A stretch of 63,381 bases of DNA, the filler included, from Reticulomyxa filosa (Eukaryota > Protista > Foraminifera), in NCBI GenBank assembly GCA_000512085.1. It is 11 parts of 11 records of this genome, joined end to end, with 100 filler letters (N's around TTAATTAATTAA, not from the genome) between each part and the next. Parts side by side here need not be neighbours in the genome. Positions count along the whole stretch, not along the records: positions 51,699 to 54,360 come from ASPP01028162.1; positions 54,461 to 58,584 come from ASPP01012932.1; positions 58,685 to 60,505 come from ASPP01025563.1; positions 60,606 to 63,381 come from ASPP01004980.1; 7 more parts are not named here. One strand, 5' to 3'. The notes beneath the pieces were generated by a model. That model was not told where the DNA came from. It saw only the letters and a program-made list of their open reading frames with translations, and searched no databases. Below are positions 52,250 through 63,381 of this stretch, piece by piece. The stretch's first letter is position 1, and the number at the start of each line of letters is the position of its first letter. Position numbers and translations under genes: made by a program.

Positions 52250-52520
52250 CATAGATGGACATTGCCACGGTCCTGCAAGGTTATCTGTCGGTGCTGCGAT
52301 TCAATTTCAATGCAAACTTTTCATGTGGCCTTTGTTTGCCTTTGCAAGCACCGACGCGCCTGTCGCACGCGTATGTTGCGATAATACATCGCAGTCGTGA
52401 TCAGCGCTGTAGTAGTGCGCTGCGGCTGACCTGGCTACTCAGCAACGAACAGGAATACCGTAATACAGGAATCAGCAACCCAATAATGATAACAATAATA
52501 ACAATATACCAGTCTGCAAT
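52250..52520 (+). pseudogene. Decayed RING finger (RBR RING1-like) remnant
   Basis: The frame from 52262 reads ..VICRCCDSISMQTFHVAFVCLCKHRRACRTRMLR*YIAVVISAVVVRCG*PGY. Confidence 0.35.
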
Positions 52521-54519
52521 TACAATGACACGGGACTCAAATCGAAACGACACCGATCCAGAGCGAAATCTACTACGAACGATCATCGACTCCTTTTTTT
52601 TTTAAGTGGTGTTTTTTCTCAGATCCAAACTTTTAATCTTTGAAAAAACAAAAGAGTTGTTTGAGCTACTTCTTTGAAACGAAATGAACGAGGATCAACG
52701 ATATCTTCACAACCGGCGCTGGGTACTGGAACAAACTTGGTGCAAAACTGTAGAAAAAGGGGAAAAAAAGTTCCTCACTAAAACGTTTGTTGATATTTAA
52801 AAATTTTTCTATTTTAAATTTGAAAGCACATCATATCACAATTTGATGCAGAATAAATAAATATCGAAAAAAATTTGATTTGCTCCGTTGTGCTAGAGTT
52901 GTCCGTTGCAGATTTTTATAAAATTGACATACCGAGCTGGAAAGCTAAAATCTTTCAGAATAGTACACTTTAATTCGTTAGATGTGTCAACCACCTCTTG
53001 GAGACAGGAGGCAATTTACTCTTATCGTCAATTGATCTTTAATTTTAATTTTTTTTAAGACTGAGCGAAGCTTGTATTATTTTAGAGTGAAGCGATATTT
53101 TGTATTTTATTTTGATCTTTTTTCTTGACAACATTATGAAAGCATAAAGAATTGCTGAAGACAAAAAAAGCCAAGAGCAAAAATAAAATGTGTAATACAT
53201 CACATAAGACCCGAATTAAAAGGCTATGTCTTATGCTCATTATTCAATTTATTTTGATAGATTTTGTTCTTTTTTTTTTTTGTATTCTCTGTTTCAGAAT
53301 ACATTGAAAAATGATAGCATTTAATGATTGGATACGTTGTAGAGCTTGTCATCATCGGCTTGCCTACAGTGTTGTTTGTTGCGATTATTGATCGCAACGA
53401 TAATAATTTTTAAAAATATGCCGATAGCTGACTTCTTGCAACACTGAAACACACAACAATTCAAATAACCAGGAATCCACAATTACTATCTTCACTACGA
53501 ATACAATCTTAGTCCTATTTTATTTGATGTGATACCTTTATCACACACTCCAAACTTTAGTTTTTCAAAACAAAAAAAAAAGAAAAATAGTTAAGCTAAC
53601 TTGACAGAACGATATCGGCACTCAATCACTCGTAATCATAGCACCAACAGCTTGAACAGTAACGACGACAGGTAACAACTTCAAAAAAAAAAGGGAGAAA
53701 AAGTTCAACCTTCAACTTTTAAACTCGTACAAAGCACTCCTTTTGACACGAGATGTTTGGCTAGTCTGTAGATGATGATGTATCATGCATCCTTATTTGA
53801 GGTTTCAAACCAGGTTTTTACTTAAAAAAACAGTGGAGGAGCGGTCTTGAATATATTAATGAATTCTTTCGTGAAAATGTTCATGTTTATTTTTTCAAAA
53901 GAGTCTATTTCCTATTTTTACTGTAAAAATATTGAAATGATTGATATAACATCACAATTAAATCAAAACATTATCGAAATTGTCTGGATGTCGTGTAAAA
54001 GATTCCGTATTTCATAAATGCAAACAGATGTATAACTGTTATTGCAGGCATGTAAGAGTACAGCCACTTTTATTTCTTAATTTCTTGTCATTCGCTATAA
54101 TAATCTTCTTTTAAAAAGAGTGCAATTTTGAACGATTACATTTACATTGAAATACGTATTTTCATTAATTTGTAAAAAAACATCACATTTTCAATAATTT
54201 AATCAACTTAAAAATAACTAAATATTTAAAATCTGGAGCCTGTACAGCGAACGCTAGTCAAAAGTTAAGTGAAAAAGGAGATTACCAAGTTTTGAGACGA
54301 ACTTGTCGTTACCAAATATCGTGCTCTTTTTACAAATATAATTAATTGAAAATTTTTCAANNNNNNNNNNNNNNNNNNNNNNNNNNNNNNNNNNNNNNNN
54401 NNNNTTAATTAATTAANNNNNNNNNNNNNNNNNNNNNNNNNNNNNNNNNNNNNNNNNNNNAAAAAAATATACGCATACATATTGTCAAACATTTGGCAAA
54501 TCCATTGCTTGCATTGTGA

Positions 54520-56397
54520 ATGACGAGAGAGCAGAAAGCGGATAAGAAAGAAGAAGAAAATAAAAGAATCGAGGCAGAAAAATCTCTCAGTTCATACAAG
54601 GAAAAGGCTTCATTGATCTTGTCCAAACAAAAAGAAGAGCTTGATAGAGTTACATATGTATATGTGTATACATGTATATGTATATGCATATGTGTGTATA
54701 TGTATATGCATATGTGTATGTACATTTATATCAATTTGTGTATGTTCATTTGCGTAATAGCAAAAAGAGAGCATCCAAGCAATGGAAGCATTGAAAGAAG
54801 AAAATGAAAAGTTACGAGTGGAGATAAAGAACTCATCGACCGACGAAAATTGGAAGGAAAAATACGAAGACATGGAAAAGCAATTTTTGGAGAAACGAGC
54901 AGAGGTGCAAACTCTCAAAACTGAATTATCCAATCTCCAACGCATCCTCGCCCAAAAAGAAAGAGATTTCGAAACCATTCAACTTACCTTTCAAACTGAA
55001 AAAAACTCTCTTTTGCTCTCTTTTGATGAAAGTTTTGTCTTTTCACTTTTTTTTATTTGTTTGTTTGATCGATTTGTATACACAATGGTCTACACCACAT
55101 AAAATGCATACGTAAAGCACTTCGAAAAGAAAGGGAAAAACTGAAAAACCAGTTTTCCGAATATCGTGAAAAAGCCCGTGTGATGATGCAAGAAAAAGAA
55201 AAGGAGTGTGCTACACTCCGACATAAACTTCGAAGAGTTTTGTATTTTTTTTTAAAAAAAAAAAATGTTTTTTAAAACTAGCAAAGAAACAAATTCAATC
55301 TTAAAATAAATAAAAAAACAAAGCAACTCTTATGTGTTATGTGTTGCTATTATTTGTAATTATATTAGCGCGACAATAATGATGACTCCCAATCCCCTGT
55401 GGAGGTTCCATCCCCAACTCTGAACTTTTTCAACAGTGTGGACAAAGAAACTCAGACCGAATTTCCATTTGAATTGAAGTTACCTGCTCAGCACATCGAG
55501 AAAGAGGGTATTCCTTCTCTGTTCGTTGGATCTGGAGCCACACCGGCAAGTGACAGTCAAAACAGAGTAGCTATCAGAGAGGGCAATTTGACAAGTATTA
55601 CACGTATGTATATGTATGTATTGCCGCCTGTTTGTTCAATATATCCTATGTATCGACTTACTGACATTTGCGATTGTGTATGTATTTTTTATTCGTTGCG
55701 ATTGATGAACAGCAAATACGCTGACAGATATGGTGGCGCAATTACAGCCTCCTTTAACTCAAACCGGTGAGTCCTTGCTGTCCCCAACTGGTGACAAATC
55801 CACAGCCCAAAACGAGACCGAAGATCCATTGTCGAAATGGCCAGAATCCAAGCACAGCGAGATCAACAAATTGCGGAATCTCAATCCAGAATTCGTAAGT
55901 TACAAGAACTTTTGCAAGGCTCACAAGACACTCTGGTAAGATAAATTGTAACAATCTTCATTTCATCTTGTCTTTTGTTCTCATGTTATTATTATTGTAT
56001 CTTTTGCTTGTTTGTTTTATTTTGCTAAAATCAGAAATCGAAGGAATATGAATTAGAATATCTTCGCAATCAATTACAGAGAATGGAAGAAGCACAAGAT
56101 GTGAAAAAATCGGCGGATAATAGTGCGTATCTCAAAAACGTGTTGATGGGTTATTTCGAAGGCAAAACAGATGAAAATGTTAACATTATATTAAAAGAAA
56201 ACATAAATAAACAAATCACACATTCCAAATTGAACTCACTGACGAATATGCTTGTACACAATCTTTTTTTTTATTTCGTATAGACAATGTTGGCTGTGGT
56301 TTCTGCGGTTCTCAAGTTTTCTCCTGAAGAACAAAAACGAGCTAAACAAAGCAGACAGAAACGCACTTCTGGCCTGACGAACTTGTCATGGTGGTAA
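54520..56397 (+). CDS. GRIP-domain golgin (coiled-coil trans-Golgi protein), possibly 5' truncated
   Basis: Coiled-coil exons, then C-terminal AYLKNVLMGYFEG...|TMLAVVSAVLKFSPEEQ...LSWW*, matching the GRIP consensus. Confidence 0.85.
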
Positions 56398-57068
56398 AAA
56401 CTCCCTTTTTTAACTGCTTTTTGAGACTTTCTTGGCGTTTAAGCAAATATTTTATTCAAAAATGACAGCAATAATATCAAGGAACAAAAAAAAGCACAAA
56501 CTTTTTAAAATGTTTTTTTGTGGCCATGTTTTTGATTCTAAAAGTTTTCCAATTTTTTTAACTCTCCAAAGCATTTGAAAACTATCAAAGGATCATCTGA
56601 TGAATGGGAATGCAAATAAATGTTCTGCATCGTTAAAGGAAAATATTAAAGTTTCATTTAAAAACAAAACCATATGAAAAAATTATAACAGTAACGCATT
56701 CAAAAATTATCTTGTCAACAACTTTTTTCTTTAATAAAAAAAATTAAAATAAGGTTCAAAAGTTTACTGTTTACAAAAATTTTTAACGGTGTCACACTTG
56801 AGAACAAGTTTCCTTTTAAAAAATTTTATCCTCATAAAAAAGCCAGAAAGCAAACATTTTTTTCTATTACGCCATCGAAGATACGCAAAAAAAACAAGTC
56901 GCTCATTATTTTTGTCATATGTTACTGAATCAGTTAGAAGAAGTTTAGAGTTTTTGACTGTGGCTATATTTCATTATTTAAGAAGTGGAAATAAACACCA
57001 ATGTTCTGAATGTTGTCTTTGAAATTTTCAAATAATACTTAGATTACATACATACACTCAGTCTAGCT

Positions 57069-58493
57069 TTATGGCAAAGGGCAGAATTGTGAGCCCAAAT
57101 AGCTAGAAAAAGCAGCCAAAGACCTTTCTGGTTGTGTTTGTGGGATCATATGTCCTGCAGAGTGAACTGTCACGAAGCAGAAGCTGGCTTGAGTACTTGT
57201 GTTAAAAGCTGTATAATATCCTGCAACTTGATTGTTGACCTGCCATGCTTGCCAGTTGGTCTTAGGATTTGCAGGGTATCCCAGATTCCATATCCAAGTT
57301 TGAGTGCCAATTGTACCTATTTAACACAAACCATTGAATAATTATATACATTTTCCTGCTTTTTTTTTTTAAACAGAAAAGTAGTTGATGAACATACCAC
57401 AAACGGAATCATCGTCTCCGCTCACTACTGTCATTCTTAAATTACTGTTGCTAACGAGCCATTGCCAGACAGGTTCCATTGGGTTCAAGCCATCCGATCT
57501 GTTATAGTTGAGTGTGTCACTGCAATCTGTCCAAATGACATGTTGTTGAACATGAATGGCCTCTTGGACATCAGGTCTGTTCAAATATTCCGTTGCATAG
57601 GCTTGGGCGCATTGTTCGTAGCTGGGATCTGGGAATTCTCCAGATTTCAATGCTTTTGATCGTTCTTCTTTGGTCATGCTCGACATTTTTGCCGAATAAT
57701 CATCATGTTTTTGGGCAATTTGTTCATATTGTTTTGGCAATGGTCTTCCCAACATGTCTCGAACCACTTTTTTCAAAAACCAGTATCTGTTGCAATTTCC
57801 GCCACCAGACAACAAATAAACAAACAAGCAATAATAATAATAATAATAATAATAAAAATTAAAAGCAAAATATCACACTATGGAATGCAACTTCCCAAAT
57901 CACTTTTTGTTTTAGTTCTATTGTACTCAACTGATTCAATACGTTGTTGCAAACAGGGTAATCCAAGGCATAAGGGTCAAGTCCGTTAACCTCCTCGTTC
58001 AATGCAATAAGGGCCTCATCACAAGCGATACCACTTGTGTCACCATCGTCACATTTCAAGTACCATTGGTGCCAGGATGGGTACGATACAAGTTGGTGTC
58101 CATACCATGTGTCATACATTCCTATTTTACATTGTTTTGTTTTCATGTTTCAAGGCAATGTCAGTCACACAGTCCCCCCCCCCCCCCTCTCTCAACGCGA
58201 TAAGCAACACTACAACAAACAACAAAATCGCCATAGACTTGCCTTTTGCGTTTTCGTAAGGATCAGTGTAAGGGTTGCCAACAAAGACGCCTATATAATA
58301 CACGAGTCAGCAAATCAACAACTCAAAATCGTTCTCAAATGTTTTACATTAGATGACTAGAGAACAAATACATCAGATACAAATTACACTTTTTACAAAT
58401 GAAAAAACAAACCTTTAAAGTTAATTTGTGGTGTGTTGCCTTGCTTATTTCCTTGAACGATCTGTTTAGCCAGGGTAGGCATGTAGTGACCAC
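57069..58493 (-). CDS. Serine carboxypeptidase (peptidase S10), 5' truncated
   Basis: GHYMPTLA, FVGNPYTD, YLNRPDVQEAIHV, VSGDDDSVC (catalytic Asp), QVAGYY, FVTVHSAGHMIP..QPERS (catalytic His). Confidence 0.92.
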
Positions 58494-61326
58494 CTATAAC
58501 AATGCGTTACACAAACCTATTTTCTTTTTCGAACCTCAAACACGAAGAAAGGGGAGGAAAGAGAAAATAAAGAGAGGGGGGGGGNNNNNNNNNNNNNNNN
58601 NNNNNNNNNNNNNNNNNNNNNNNNNNNNTTAATTAATTAANNNNNNNNNNNNNNNNNNNNNNNNNNNNNNNNNNNNNNNNNNNNGTTTCTAAGATTTTTT
58701 ATTAAAAAATGCATTGAAACAGTTTAACATATTGGGCAATACGTAGTAATGTTGGCAACTGAGGCTGCTTTGCATAATGGAGTTAAAAAATTTACTGCTG
58801 TTTTTTAAAAGAACAAACAATTCTCTTCTCCAACAAAACATATCATTTTCGTGTTGTTATCATTAGGATAGTTTATAGTAATTATGACAATCCATCCATA
58901 CAAGAAAAATCAAAGATTTATGCCAGTTTTTTTTGAAGAAGGATAAAAAGTATTTACTATCTTTGCGGATATTGTTTTCGATTTTAATGCTTTTTTAATT
59001 TTTGCTCATTTAAATTTGAGGATTGTATATTGTTTTGATTGAATTGCCTTCACTTAATCCTTCGTACTCTTTTTCAAGTCAATTCTAATCTAAAAAAATC
59101 AAACTGAAATTCCAAAATATTTCATTGACCATTCAATTATATGTTGTTGCAAATGAAAACTGGCGTACTTTAATTATGAACATAAAGATTTCTTCGAACT
59201 TTCTCACACAAAAGCATAACGATAAATTGAAACAAAAAAGTAAAAAATTTTTAGATTGCACTTAATGAAATAATATCCTAAGCCCAGAATGGCACAAAAG
59301 GAAGCAAAATGCCTTCTATATTATTATAAACTCATCCAATGATGCAATACAAAAATAACACTACAAGCAAGATCATCTGAAAGGTTAATATCAGTTAAAA
59401 AACTCTCGAAGATTAGTTTCAAACAATTGCATCGCGATGCAGCTCTTATTACCTCATAAATACTTAGATATGTGTTTGAAATACTCCTTTATTATCCGTG
59501 TTGTTATTGTGTCAACAATGACATCTCACTGTTTCTTTGTACAAATTATCAAAGTTAGAAAAGAAGGAAAAAACAAATTTCCACATAAAAAAAAGATTTA
59601 AATTCGATTATATAATAAACAATCGACACAATAGTTTATCAAAAAGTAGCTTAATAGCAAAATAATAAAGTCAATAAAAAAATAAGTTTAATGCTAAAAA
59701 ACGATCTATAAGAAAAATGTGAAGTAATGCAAAAATAAAAAAATGGTGCGAACAGCTTGTGATTAATGGCATGTTTCCTGGCTGCTGTTCCTGAAATCAG
59801 TTTAAGCTTTCCATAGGCATGCTACAACCAGAAAGCTCATTAAATGACTTGTGCTATAGCGTTGACAGTAAAATGATTAATCATCTAACTTTTCTTTTCA
59901 TTTTAATTTTAAACGTCATATTTAATATAGTATGGATGATCAGTGAATTTTTCAAAGAAAAGGATATTGAAACGCCCAACAGTTATGTCACGGATTTTGG
60001 AAAAAGCAATAGATGCTTTACACAATCTCTCTTCCAAAATTATTCTCATTTTTTCAAATTTTGATCGGTTATGGTATATCCCTTTAACTCTTTTCTACAT
60101 TTTTATTTGCATATTCATATTGTTTTGAATATGAAAGATTACCAATTTGCTTACTTTGCATTATTGCACTTTTTATTGAAGAATGAAATAGTCTTACACA
60201 AGAAAGAGTTAATGGCGTGTGAATATTCAATGGAAATCTATGTATCTTTTGCATAGAATATACTCTAGAATGTAAAAATCAAAAGTGAGCATTATATTCC
60301 AAAAGAATATTTATATCCATTATCTAACTTCATTATGAATGATCATGTAATTGCTTTAACATATGGATCGATCAGTAATCATGAATCAATATTGAAACAT
60401 GCCAAATTATTCTTCTTTAATTATTAATGAAAATTTAAAACTATATCCTGATTATTCTTTGCGAATAGATATTCAAATTGTTTGAAAAGTTTAAAGTGTG
60501 TTTTTNNNNNNNNNNNNNNNNNNNNNNNNNNNNNNNNNNNNNNNNNNNNTTAATTAATTAANNNNNNNNNNNNNNNNNNNNNNNNNNNNNNNNNNNNNNN
60601 NNNNNACAAATAAATCGCCTATTTTCAATGCAGTTATGAACTGTAGAATTTATTTGATTGCATTACTGAAATATTATGTTATTTTTTTTAAGTGCATCTC
60701 AAATTTTTATTTTTATACAAACACATAAAAATATTAAATAGTATTTTCACTAATTTGCCTGACGATAGTATTTGGTTCAGTTGTATTGTTATTTTTTTTT
60801 TGTCCTTTTAATTGCATATTTTGGAAATCGCCATTTTTAATTTTCATTTTTTTTTCCTTTTTTTTTAAAGGCAAAAATTTAAGACAGCTTGTTCCATTAT
60901 CTTCATTTGTTTCCTTTGATCACATCTAATTCATTCTTATTTGACTGAATATTCCAAAAACGAACTATTTTATCAAATGATCGAGCAAATAAATTAGCTG
61001 TCAAATGTTGAATGAAAAGCGAAAGCTAATTTTGATAAAGTAAAGATTGATTTATTTATTTCTTGTTTGCTTCTTTTTTTTCTTCTTTGTGTTGATGATT
61101 TAATTTTTTTGATCAATTATTTGTAATCTTGATTTAATTTGGAATTTTTCTCTTTATTTAATCACTCACTGTAGATGTTTCTACAACAGCATCTTTTCAA
61201 AAACTAGTTTATTTTCTCTTCGTGTTTTTGTTAATTGTTATCTCGAAATTTCCATTTTTTAAATTTAAACAATAATTTAATTGATAATAATTTGATCAAA
61301 ATCATCGATTCGTTCTAATTTAATCT

Positions 61327-62034
61327 TTAAAGTTCGTATCCAATATTGGGCTTTATTACGTGCTTTGCATAGTCCTTGCACATATCCTTGTTCTCCCAAC
61401 ACCAGCTGCGCTTATAGTCGAAATCAATGTCTTTCTTAAGAATCGCATCCAAGTATTGTTTGCCTCGAGAATTTCCAAAACGATGCGCCGCAGCAATAGA
61501 ATTAAAGTTTAACGACCTGGGCGGAAGTGTCACTCCAGCCAATAACTTCGTCATATGTTTCATTTTTTGCGTGGGCAAATAATAACACGCAACTGATCAC
61601 CTCCAGCCCCTGTTCAATGTCTGGAGATATGCCAGCGATGTTGGCTTTATCACCTTTCAAGACAACACCGGCTCTGTGCTCGATGTGGTGAATCCATTCA
61701 ATCCTTCTCCATTTAATCTGTTCGTTGACAGTCTAGTTTCAAAAGTTCAAAATCACACCACCCCAAAGAACATTTTAACTTTTTTTTTTTCTGGAATAGC
61801 CTCCTTCTTTTTTGTTTTGTTTCTTAAACTGCATTTTTGGATGTTTTCGTTCGCATCGGCTGTGTTGGTAGTGGTCTTTACATAGAACATTGCAACAATA
61901 ATATCAATAACGCTGAAAAGAAGTATAAAAAAAAAATAGAATTGAATCATCGAACCAAACTGAAGTAATTTAACTACACCAATGATGCTGCCAATGTATG
62001 AGCAAAAGATATCTTTTTTGGTTTGACATATCAA
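61327..62034 (-). CDS. Hypothetical protein with an N-terminal transmembrane segment
   Basis: Hydrophobic FYFFFILLFSVIDIIVAMF, then a GC-richer exon (61327-61733). Exon phase unresolved. Confidence 0.35.
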
Positions 62035-62777
62035 GATTTAAAGTCAATTTGTAATTTCTCTTGTGCACGTGTTCGCTTTTCTTTTTCATCTGTGCGATGC
62101 ACATGCAATTGAAAAAAAGCCTAGTCGAGTTCGTAGATGTATTGTAATGGTGTATTCAAGACACATTCTTTGTAATAACGACTTGTCACGTTCGTTCAAT
62201 GATTTACTTGCTCTTTTTTTTTTTCCTCCTTTTTCGTGTTTTCTCGTTGCCACGACAACAAAAAACATTTTTGATTATAAAAATACTGTTCCAAAATAAC
62301 TTGAATATGATATATTTATTATCTTTCTTCTTGAGCCATATGGAATCAGGCAAACGTTTGGAAAACCAAAAACATGACGGATTGATAAAATAGAATTGAG
62401 AAAAAATAAATCGAACAAAATCAAACAAACACATTTTAAAATTTCGGAGAAAAAAAAGTAAATAGAGTAAGTCAAAATCTATGTAAATCCAAATATTTTA
62501 CATTTAAATTGCATTATTAGAGATCATCTAAGAGTTAAAAAAATTAGTGATCTATCAGCAAACATTTCGGTAATGAGATATAAACAGGAATTGATGTTGT
62601 GAACTCATTTACATATAAACTTTTTCCTGATTCTGATTTTCCTTGTGATATTACCAATCGTGTGAATTATCAAAGATTTTTAAAAGAAATAAGCTCAAAA
62701 GAGTTCTTTGTCATCTCAAAAAAAAAAGCAAAAGCAATCACATTAATTATTAATAAGTTTTATTTTTGTTTATTATC

Positions 62778-63311
62778 CTATATTTCTCTATTTTGCTGCG
62801 AAAACAAATCAAGAATCCAATCAGCTTCATCAATGTCAAACCACTTTTTATACTCCTCCACTTTAGTATTATCAATTTCCATAATCTCGACAACTTTTTG
62901 AAAAAAAAGCATTATATCAATTTTTTTGGGATTATGCCAATTGTTATTATTTGAATAACGGAATTGTTCGTCTTCTGGATTTTCAAAATCAGCCATAAGA
63001 GGTACAATGTCTACGTTCCTTGGATATTTTAATAATTGTTCGAAATCTTTGTAACATACTCCTGGTTTTTCAGCAATTGTTTGCCTGAAGTGTGCAAAAT
63101 GAGATGGAGTGGTAACAGAAAAGATCGAGTTATTGGATGTCAAATCGTGTATAGTATTGCTTTCTGGGACTGCACAAAGTTGCACATTACAAGGTTTTGT
63201 GGGTGAAAATAACAAATCATTCCAGTATGCAATCGTTTGTGATCCAATCTGCAACCAACCAATTTTTAGCATTGTTTCGGTCGGCCATTTGATAAAAGAA
63301 GCGCCAGCATC
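62778..63311 (-). CDS. Exon of an unknown protein (5' part beyond the window)
   Basis: ~175-codon open frame beginning after a poly-A + AG acceptor at ~63311. Confidence 0.45.
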   Translation of the reverse strand, partial: DAGASFIKWPTETMLKIGWLQIGSQTIAYWNDLLFSPTKPCNVQLCAVPESNTIHDLTSNNSIFSVTTPSHFAHFRQTIAEKPGVCYKDFEQLLKYPRNVDIVPLMADFENPEDEQFRYSNNNNWHNPKKIDIMLFFQKVVEIMEIDNTKVEEYKKWFDIDEADWILDLFSQQNREI

Positions 63312-63381
63312 TTTTTTTTTTTTTTTTGTACATTAATTATTTCATTTTTATTTTTTTTTGTACAAATTAAAAAAAAAAAAA

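Noticed and set aside
58685-60505. Short hydrophobic ORFs on this contig as a membrane protein gene
   Set aside because: Very AT-rich, multiple stops and no motif. Such ORFs arise by chance.
19055-60605. Regularly recurring palindrome TTAATTAATTAA as a biological repeat or CRISPR-like array
   Set aside because: It is always centred in exactly 44+44 N: an artificial six-frame-stop linker.
61560-61730. Faint resemblance to a TET/JBP or 2OG-Fe(II) dioxygenase C-terminal strand pattern
   Set aside because: The metal-binding His and the Arg are not present, the frames are inconsistent, and no HxD motif is visible.
1-63381. rRNA, tRNA, CRISPR arrays, prokaryotic promoters/terminators
   Set aside because: None were recognisable by eye in this eukaryotic sequence. 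tRNAscan-SE or Infernal would be needed to exclude small RNAs.

Overview
AT-rich, intron-containing eukaryotic DNA. It is not one locus: ten artificial 100-bp spacers (44 N + TTAATTAATTAA + 44 N) join 11 contigs, so adjacency across spacers carries no biological meaning. The gene families (RING/TRAF-zinc finger-WD40, Kelch-WD40, a recurrent 'IIxxWxR...GWIxDF' motif) and sequence style suggest a rhizarian/foraminiferan such as Reticulomyxa; this is inference, not verified. The main feature is a 5'-truncated, ~15 kb minus-strand gene (3996-19054, >~4,700 aa after removing ~11 introns and 3 homopolymer frameshifts). It encodes an RNF213/mysterin-like giant protein with tandem AAA+ modules and an intact RZ-type E3 zinc finger, but no recognisable RING. 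Other genes: a RING-like zinc finger probably fused to an ADP-ribosylhydrolase-fold domain with altered metal ligands, a C3HC4 RING protein, a NAT8-like membrane GNAT, a PH/F-box-like protein, a NOX dehydrogenase fragment, WD40 and Kelch-WD40 proteins, a GRIP golgin and a serine carboxypeptidase. Also present: decayed CCCH/SOCS-box and RING pseudogenes, a foldback/MITE family, and a Tc1-like terminus. Introns show a strong GTT donor bias. All exon models were made by eye.
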